NCBI RefSeq assembly: GCF_947488715.1
Contig: NZ_CANLAG010000005.1
Span: forward strand, 325,950 to 357,949
Direction of reading: 5' to 3'
DNA from: an uncultured Tateyamaria sp.
GTDB taxonomy: Bacteria; Pseudomonadota; Alphaproteobacteria; Rhodobacterales; Rhodobacteraceae
DNA: 32,000 bases
Part shown: positions 26,200 to 32,000 of the stretch, piece after piece
Numbering within the stretch: the first letter of the stretch is position 1
Layout of the letters: every line of letters begins with the position of its first letter
The notes under the pieces: generated by a model
Database searches by the model: none
The model's input: only the letters and a program-made list of their open reading frames with translations
Told to the model about the DNA's origin: nothing
Made by a program: the position numbers and the translations under genes

Positions 26200-29037
26200 T
26201 CAATCGTCGGCATAGTCCTCCATCGGTGGGCAGGTGCAGGACAGGTTCCTGTCGCCCCATACATTGTCCACGCGGTTCACGGGTGGCCAGTATTTGTCCA
26301 CGCGGAACGAGCCGGGGGGAAAGCATCCACTTTCCCGGCTGTAGGGCCGGTCCCAGTCGCGGACGAGATCTTCCATCGTGTGCGGTGCGTTTCTAAGCGG
26401 GTTGTTTTCCGCATCCATGTCGCCGTCTTCGATGGCCTTGATCTCGGCGCGGATGCCCAGCATCGCGTCGCAGAAGCGGTCCAGCTCGGCCTTGGTTTCG
26501 GATTCGGTGGGCTCAATCATCAATGTGCCCGCCACGGGCCACGACATGGTAGGCGCGTGAAACCCGCAATCGGCCAACCGTTTGGCGATGTCGTCCACCG
26601 AGATGTGGGCGCTCTCCATGAACGGGCGGGTGTCGATGATACACTCGTGCGCCACGCGGCCCGTGGGTCCTTTGTAGAGCACATCAAACGCACCTTCGAG
26701 GCGTTTGGCGATGTAGTTCGCATTCAGGATCGCCACACGTGTGGCCTGGGTCAGGCCTTCGCCGCCCATCATCAGGCAATAGGCCCAAGAGATCGGAAGC
26801 AGCGAGGGTGAGCCAAAGGCCGCAGCACTGACCGCACCCTCACCGCCATTTGGATCGCCCGGCAGGTGCGGCGTCAGATGCGCCTTGACCCCAATCGGCC
26901 CCATGCCCGGACCACCGCCGCCGTGGGGGATGCAAAAGGTCTTGTGCAGGTTGAGGTGACTGACATCGCCGCCCAAGTCGCCAGGACGGCTCAGGCCAAC
27001 CATGGCATTCATGTTGGCACCGTCGATGTAGACTTGGCCGCCTGCCTCATGGGTCATGCGGCACACGTCGATCACTGTTTCCTCGAACACGCCGTGGGTC
27101 GAGGGATAGGTGATCATGCACCCGGCCAGATTGTCCCCGTGTTCGGCGACCTTGGCCTTGAAGTCGTCCAGATCAATGTCGCCGTTGTCGGCGGATTTCA
27201 CCGGGACAACCTTCCATCCAACCATTTGCGCAGAGGCCGGGTTGGTGCCATGCGCGCTCATCGGGATCAGGCAGATGTTGCGGTGTCCTTGACCATTGGC
27301 ACGGTGAAACGACGCGATGGTCAGCAACCCGGCATATTCCCCCTGCGCACCCGAATTGGGCTGCATGGAAATGGCGTCATATCCCGTCACATCGCAAAGC
27401 TTAGATGACAGATCGTCAATCATCTCTGCATAGCCCGCGGCCTGATCGGTCGGGCAATAGGGGTGCAGCAGCGAAAACTCGCGCCAACTGACCGGCATCA
27501 TTTCAGCCGCTGAATTCAGCTTCATCGTGCAGGAGCCAAGCGGGATCATCGCCCGGTCCAACGCCAGGTCACGATCCGCCAAACGCCGCATGTACCGCAT
27601 CATTTCCGTTTCGGCGCGATTCATGTGGAAAATCGGATGCGTCATGAAATCCGAGGTGCGGATCAGCTTGTCCGGGATGTTGTAATGCGGGGTATAGTCC
27701 TTGTCCTGCCGTTCGATGCCAAAGGCACGCCACACACATTCGATGGTCGCGGGCCGCGTGCGTTCATCCAGAGTAATGCCGATGGCGGTGGTGCCCACAG
27801 CGCGCAGGTTGATGCCCTCGTCCACGGCAGATTTGATCACAGCCGATTGCAGGGGGCCTACGTCGACGGTGATCGTATCGAAAAAGGTCGCAGGCCGTAC
27901 ATCGAAACCCGCCTGCCGCAATCCTTCGGCCAGACGCGCGGTCTTGCGGTGAATGCGTTGTGCGATGGCCCGCAAGCCGTCTGGACCGTGAAACACACCG
28001 TAAAAGCCCGCCATGACAGCCAAGAGGGCCTGTGCGGTGCAGACGTTCGATGTCGCCTTTTCCCTCCGAATGTGTTGTTCGCGGGTTTGCAGGGAAAGGC
28101 GGTAGGCGCGGTTGCCATGGCTGTCGATGGACACGCCGACAATGCGCCCCGGCATGTTGCGGGCATAGTTTGCCTTGGTCGCCATGTAGGCCGCATGCGG
28201 GCCGCCATACCCAATCGGCACACCAAAACGCTGTGTGCTGCCGACGGCAATGTCCGCACCCATCGCGCCCGGCTCTTTGAGCAGGGTCAACGACAGCGGA
28301 TCGGCAGAGATTACGCCAATGGCCTTGTGTTCATGCAGTTTCGCGATGTCGTCGGTGAAATCCCGGATGTGCCCGTAGGTGCCGGGATACTGGAAAATAG
28401 CGCCAAACACCGCCGCCGGGTCCAAATCGTCGGGCGCGCCGACGATGATCTCGATGCCCAAAGGCTGCGCGCGGGTCTTGATGACCGCAATGTTCTGCGG
28501 GTGGCAGTTTTCGTCGACAAAAAAACCGGTGGCTTTGGATTTGCTGATCCGCTGCGCCATGGTCATCGCCTCCGCGCAGGCGGTGGCCTCGTCCAGAAGG
28601 GATGCGTTGGCGATGTCCAGACCGGTCAGGTCCGACACCATGGTCTGAAAGTTCAGCAATGCCTCAAGCCTGCCCTGGCTGATCTCGGGCTGGTATGGCG
28701 TGTAGGCCGTATACCAGGCCGGATTTTCCAGGATGTTGCGCTGGATCGCGGGGGGCGTGACGGTGCCGTGATACCCTTGCCCGATCAGCGATGTCAGCAC
28801 CTGGTTCTTGGACGCGGTCACCCGCATGTGGTGCAACAGTTCGCGTTCCGACATGGCCTTGCCAAAATCCAGCGGCTCTTTCTGCCGGATGTTGGCCGGG
28901 ATCGTGTCGTCGATCAGTGCATCAAGGTCGTTCGCACCCACCACTTGCAACATCTCGTCCATCTCGGCCGGAGACGGCCCGATATGCCGACGGTTTGCAA
29001 AATCATAGGGGAGATAGTCGGTGGGTTTGAATGTCAC
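26200..29037 (-). CDS. gcvP: Glycine dehydrogenase (decarboxylating), glycine cleavage P-protein
   Basis: 945 aa, GTG start. [47 protein letters not shown] (PLP lysine region). Confidence 0.98.
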   Translation of the reverse strand: MTFKPTDYLPYDFANRRHIGPSPAEMDEMLQVVGANDLDALIDDTIPANIRQKEPLDFGKAMSERELLHHMRVTASKNQVLTSLIGQGYHGTVTPPAIQRNILENPAWYTAYTPYQPEISQGRLEALLNFQTMVSDLTGLDIANASLLDEATACAEAMTMAQRISKSKATGFFVDENCHPQNIAVIKTRAQPLGIEIIVGAPDDLDPAAVFGAIFQYPGTYGHIRDFTDDIAKLHEHKAIGVISADPLSLTLLKEPGAMGADIAVGSTQRFGVPIGYGGPHAAYMATKANYARNMPGRIVGVSIDSHGNRAYRLSLQTREQHIRREKATSNVCTAQALLAVMAGFYGVFHGPDGLRAIAQRIHRKTARLAEGLRQAGFDVRPATFFDTITVDVGPLQSAVIKSAVDEGINLRAVGTTAIGITLDERTRPATIECVWRAFGIERQDKDYTPHYNIPDKLIRTSDFMTHPIFHMNRAETEMMRYMRRLADRDLALDRAMIPLGSCTMKLNSAAEMMPVSWREFSLLHPYCPTDQAAGYAEMIDDLSSKLCDVTGYDAISMQPNSGAQGEYAGLLTIASFHRANGQGHRNICLIPMSAHGTNPASAQMVGWKVVPVKSADNGDIDLDDFKAKVAEHGDNLAGCMITYPSTHGVFEETVIDVCRMTHEAGGQVYIDGANMNAMVGLSRPGDLGGDVSHLNLHKTFCIPHGGGGPGMGPIGVKAHLTPHLPGDPNGGEGAVSAAAFGSPSLLPISWAYCLMMGGEGLTQATRVAILNANYIAKRLEGAFDVLYKGPTGRVAHECIIDTRPFMESAHISVDDIAKRLADCGFHAPTMSWPVAGTLMIEPTESETKAELDRFCDAMLGIRAEIKAIEDGDMDAENNPLRNAPHTMEDLVRDWDRPYSRESGCFPPGSFRVDKYWPPVNRVDNVWGDRNLSCTCPPMEDYADD

Positions 29038-29049
29038 GGTCCTGGTCCT

Positions 29050-29409
29050 TTAGCCGATCAATGCGGTGTAAGCGGTTTCGTCCAGCAACGCGTCGAGCTG
29101 CGATGGGTCGGACGGCTTGATCTTGAAAAACCAGCCCTCGTCCAAGGGCGCGCTGTTGGCCAGGCTGGGGTCGTCAGCGAGGGCGGTGTTGACCTCTGTG
29201 ATCTCGCCATCAACCGGAGCCATGATGTCGGATGCGGCCTTGACGCTTTCGATGACGACGATCTCGTCGTTTTTGCTGACTTCGGTGCCAACCTCTGGCA
29301 ATTCGACAAAAACCAGGTCACCCAGCTGCGTCGTCGCATGTTCGGTGATGCCCACAACATAGACATCGCCCTCGGCGCGCAGCCATTCGTGTTCTTCGGT
29401 GTATTTCAT
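29050..29409 (-). CDS. gcvH: Glycine cleavage system H protein
   Basis: [15 protein letters not shown]...[12 protein letters not shown]...[16 protein letters not shown] (lipoyl lysine). The ORF extends upstream to 29430, but the family-typical start is at 29409. Confidence 0.97.
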   Translation of the reverse strand: MKYTEEHEWLRAEGDVYVVGITEHATTQLGDLVFVELPEVGTEVSKNDEIVVIESVKAASDIMAPVDGEITEVNTALADDPSLANSAPLDEGWFFKIKPSDPSQLDALLDETAYTALIG

Positions 29410-29426
29410 CTGTGGTCCTCTCTGTG

Positions 29427-30551
29427 TCATCTCTTGAAGTTGGCGGGGGTAAAGGGTGTTTTGGCGACGGTCAGTGGTTGGCGTTTTCCGCGCAGTTCCC
29501 CAAAAACGACGGTGTCGGGTGTGGCATAGCGCGTTTCGACGTAGCCCATGGCAACGGGGCCGCCGACGGTTGGGCCGAACCCGCCGGATGTGATTGCGCC
29601 AATGGGTTCGCTGGCTGTTTCATCGGCGAACAGAACAACGCCCTCGCGCATGGGGGCGCGGCCTTGGGGCAGCAGCCCCACACGTTTGCGTGCTGCGCCG
29701 CTGTCTAGTTCTTCAAGGATGGTGGCCGCACCCGGAAATCCCCCGGCACGTGCGCCACCGGTGCGCCGCACTTTTTGAATCGCCCAGCTCAATGCCGCTT
29801 CGGTAGGGGACGTTCCGGCATCGATGTCATGCCCATACAGGCACAACCCAGCCTCAAGGCGCAGCGAGTCCCGCGCCCCAAGACCAATCGCCTCGACCTG
29901 TGGCAGCGCGAGCAATGCACGCGCCAGATCCTCCGCCACTTCCGAAGGGACCGAAATTTCGTAACCGTCTTCGCCGGTGTAGCCCGACCGCGAGATCCAT
30001 GCCTCTGCCCCGTTCAGGTCCACTGTGGCCACATCCATAAATGACATCCTCGCCACATCCGGGTTCAGCGTGGCAAGGGCCTCTTCCGCAGCCGGGCCTT
30101 GCAAGGCCAGCAATGCGCGGTCTGTCACCTCGGCCACAGTCAGGCCCGGTTCCAGCGCAGCCTTCAGCTTGGCGATATCCGTATGTTTGCACGCGGCATT
30201 TACCCCGAGGAACACGTGGTCGCCGCGGTTTGCCAGCATCAGATCATCCTCGATGCCTCCGGCGGCGTTTGTCAGAAAGCCATACCGCTGTCGGTTCTGC
30301 CCGAGGCTCAGAATGTCGACCGGGATCAGCGTTTCCAACCCCGCAGCGATATCCGCATAGCCGGGCCCGCGCACAACAACCTGGCCCATGTGGCTGACGT
30401 CGAACAATCCAGCATACGTACGTGTATGTTGATGTTCCTTCATCACGCCCAATGGGTACTGCACGGGCATCTCGTACCCGGCAAAGGGCACCATCTTGGC
30501 ACCCAATGACAGGTGCAGTGCATGCAAGGGGGTCTGTTTCAGGTCGGTCAT
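29427..30551 (-). CDS. gcvT: Glycine cleavage system aminomethyltransferase (T protein)
   Basis: [32 protein letters not shown]...[10 protein letters not shown]...[10 protein letters not shown]...[12 protein letters not shown]; the ORF extends upstream to 30596. Confidence 0.96.
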   Translation of the reverse strand: MTDLKQTPLHALHLSLGAKMVPFAGYEMPVQYPLGVMKEHQHTRTYAGLFDVSHMGQVVVRGPGYADIAAGLETLIPVDILSLGQNRQRYGFLTNAAGGIEDDLMLANRGDHVFLGVNAACKHTDIAKLKAALEPGLTVAEVTDRALLALQGPAAEEALATLNPDVARMSFMDVATVDLNGAEAWISRSGYTGEDGYEISVPSEVAEDLARALLALPQVEAIGLGARDSLRLEAGLCLYGHDIDAGTSPTEAALSWAIQKVRRTGGARAGGFPGAATILEELDSGAARKRVGLLPQGRAPMREGVVLFADETASEPIGAITSGGFGPTVGGPVAMGYVETRYATPDTVVFGELRGKRQPLTVAKTPFTPANFKR

Positions 30552-30598
30552 GCCGTGCGCGCCTTTTGCAAGCCGACATGATTCCTGGCAAATCAATC

Positions 30599-30640
30599 GG
30601 CACCATCACATGCGCAGGACGGGTCCCGCGCGTTGGTGCC
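30599..30640 (-). promoter_or_regulatory. Strong hairpin between riboswitch and gcvT; candidate expression platform
   Basis: RNA sense GGCACCAacGCGCgGGACccGUCCuGCGCaugugaUGGUGCC: outer GGCACCA/UGGUGCC, inner GCGC/GCGC and GGAC/GUCC. No clear U-tract follows. Confidence 0.5.
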
Positions 30641-30792
30641 TCCTCTGTCCTATGTGCCTGAGATCATTATCCCTTCGGCGGGTGCATCTGCACCACTCTC
30701 CAGAGTATTGGTGGCGTGCCATTGGTCCTTGGGCCTGAGAGTTTCCGAGGCAGTTGCTCCTTCGGCACCAGCGAACTGGTTCTCCCAACGTC
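30639..30792 (-). ncRNA. Tandem (two-aptamer) glycine riboswitch upstream of gcvT
   Basis: Reverse complement reads UUGGGAGAACC...GGUGCCGAAGGAGCAA...AAACUCUCAGGCCCAAGGACC (aptamer 1), then CUCUGGAGAG...CGCCGAAGGGAUAAUGAUCUCAGGCACAUAGGACAGAG (aptamer 2), ending about 90 nt before the gcvT start. Confidence 0.95.
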
Positions 30793-30875
30793 ACGCATGT
30801 CTGTTTCGTATCGGAAACGCGCGGCGCGTGGCAAGACATTTGTGACGACGCCTGATCACAAGTTTCAAAGGCCGC

Positions 30876-30917
30876 AAAACAGAACCACCACCAGATGCCT
30901 TTGCATGTGGTGGTGGT
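30876..30917 (-). terminator. Putative intrinsic terminator after the peroxiredoxin gene
   Basis: - strand ACCACCACC-ACAUGC-AAAG-GCAUCU-GGUGGUGGU followed by UCUGUUUU; the 9-bp arms are at 30884-30892 and 30909-30917. Confidence 0.65.
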
Positions 30918-30957
30918 CCAATTTTCATGCGTCAGCCCTATTGGGCGCGTTCTGAAG

Positions 30958-31494
30958 TCAGACAGCGCCCTCGTACTCGCCGCGCGCCGGGTATTCGTTG
31001 GCAATCGCGAAATCGAGCGCGCCAACCAGTTCCGAGAAATGCGGGCGCACAAACGGCATCGTCTGGACGGATCCATAGTAAAGCGTCTGCTGTGGTGTCA
31101 CCATGAACAGGCCCGGTTCCGAAAACAGCGCCGGTTCTTCGATCCCGATCGACGTCTTGCCGCGTGACGTCGAGATATAGAGACCCCACTCACGTGCCAC
31201 ATCCAGCGGCAGATCATAGGCAAAGCGCAGCTTGGTGGCGCTGATCTTATCGGCCATCGCGCGGGTGCGCTCTTCGCCGTCGGAACTGACGGCGATGGTT
31301 TTGACACCGCGTTCGGCAAAATCGTCCACGCGTTTTTCCAACTCGGTCAGGTAGGTGGCGCAGATCGGGCAGTGCAGACCACGATAGAAACAGATGACAG
31401 TGCCGCGTTCGGAACCGTCCGCGCTCAGGTCGAACGACCCGTGGTCCAGCGTCGGTAGGGTCAGGTTGGGGGTCTTTTGGCGGGGCATCAGCAT
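30958..31494 (-). CDS. Peroxiredoxin-like (AhpC/TSA-family) protein
   Basis: PNLTLPTLDHGSFDLSADG...TVICFYRGLHCPICATYLTELEKRVDDF...KTIAVSSD. ORF is open from 31575; likely start at 31494 (MLMPRQKTP) or 31488. Confidence 0.85.
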   Translation of the reverse strand: MLMPRQKTPNLTLPTLDHGSFDLSADGSERGTVICFYRGLHCPICATYLTELEKRVDDFAERGVKTIAVSSDGEERTRAMADKISATKLRFAYDLPLDVAREWGLYISTSRGKTSIGIEEPALFSEPGLFMVTPQQTLYYGSVQTMPFVRPHFSELVGALDFAIANEYPARGEYEGAV

Positions 31495-31583
31495 TGCGTG
31501 TCTCCATGTATGAATGCGCTTCCCAATCGTCGTAGCACGAGCTACCATCAGGTAATCCCGAAAAAGATGATGCAAACCACGAA

Positions 31584-32000
31584 ATGCCCAAAATTGATCG
31601 TCTGTCCGCCCTGATGTCGCGCTTTGAACTGTCGGTCACGCTATGTGATCCGCGCAGTGCGAATTTTCAGATTGTCGGACAAGCAGGGTCGGACGATCCC
31701 ACATGCCTGATCCTGGCCGGTCAGGGGGGCGGGATCGCGCAGATCTCAGGTGGCGGCAAGGTCTTGCTCAGCGCCCATGTCACCTGGGGCGGGGCGCAGA
31801 ACCCGTTGTTTGCGGCCCTGCCACGCATCGTGCGTCACAGCTTGGAAGAGGACGACGACATGCGTGCAATTGTTACGCTGTTGCTGTCAGAACAGCGCGC
31901 AACGCGGTGCGGGTCTGCGTCAGTGTTGAACCGTCTTGCCGAAGTGTTGGTTGTGCGTTTGATGCGCGGCCAGATCGAGGCGGCGCATGTCGAGACCGGG
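31584..32000 (+). CDS. AraC-family regulator, N-terminal cupin-type domain, truncated by window edge
   Basis: Manual translation from 31584: MPKIDRLSALMSRFELSVTLCDPRSANFQIVGQ...CLILAGQGGGIAQISGGGKVLLS...LFAALPRIVRHSLEEDDDMRAIVTLLLSEQ...GSASVLNRLAEVLVVRLMRG, open to 32000. Not in the supplied ORF track. Confidence 0.7.
   Translation, partial: MPKIDRLSALMSRFELSVTLCDPRSANFQIVGQAGSDDPTCLILAGQGGGIAQISGGGKVLLSAHVTWGGAQNPLFAALPRIVRHSLEEDDDMRAIVTLLLSEQRATRCGSASVLNRLAEVLVVRLMRGQIEAAHVETG

Noticed and set aside
27625-29529. 634-aa + strand ORF antisense to gcvP and gcvH
   Set aside because: Fully overlaps confidently identified genes; low-complexity, His/Arg/Asp-rich translation without recognisable domains, typical of antisense frames in GC-rich DNA.
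1-32000. CRISPR array, tRNA/rRNA, insertion sequence, prophage or toxin-antitoxin system
   Set aside because: No direct-repeat arrays, tRNA-like cloverleafs, transposase/integrase motifs or phage genes were recognised by eye; a short or diverged element could still be missed.

Overview
The window looks like alphaproteobacterial (Rhodobacterales-like) DNA. Most of the + strand is a hybrid NRPS-PKS assembly line in an apparent operon: an SPFH/Band-7 membrane protein (1-996); a 1289-aa loading-type protein with adenylation/acyl-ligase, ketoreductase and carrier domains but no ketosynthase (1012-4881); a C-A-T-C-A-T NRPS (4878-11138); a 3973-aa megasynthase with architecture TubC-C-A-T-E-C-A-T-KS-AT-KR-T (11135-23056); and an MBL-fold hydrolase (23053-24669). 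The last three junctions are 4-nt ATGA overlaps. Binding-pocket residues aligned by eye suggest beta-alanine-like, unassigned, ornithine-like (followed by an E domain) and phenylalanine-like residues, then one reduced malonyl extension. That would give a phenylstatine-like (4-amino-3-hydroxy-5-phenylpentanoate) C-terminus. No thioesterase or reductase release domain is visible, so the MBL protein is a candidate release or editing enzyme. A DUF3179-like secreted protein follows. The right flank is core metabolism on the - strand: gcvP, gcvH and gcvT behind a tandem glycine riboswitch, then a peroxiredoxin-like gene, with a divergent partial AraC-type regulator at the right edge. No MbtH, PPTase, transporter, mobile element, CRISPR or tRNA was recognised. 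Domain boundaries are approximate and specificity calls are inference.
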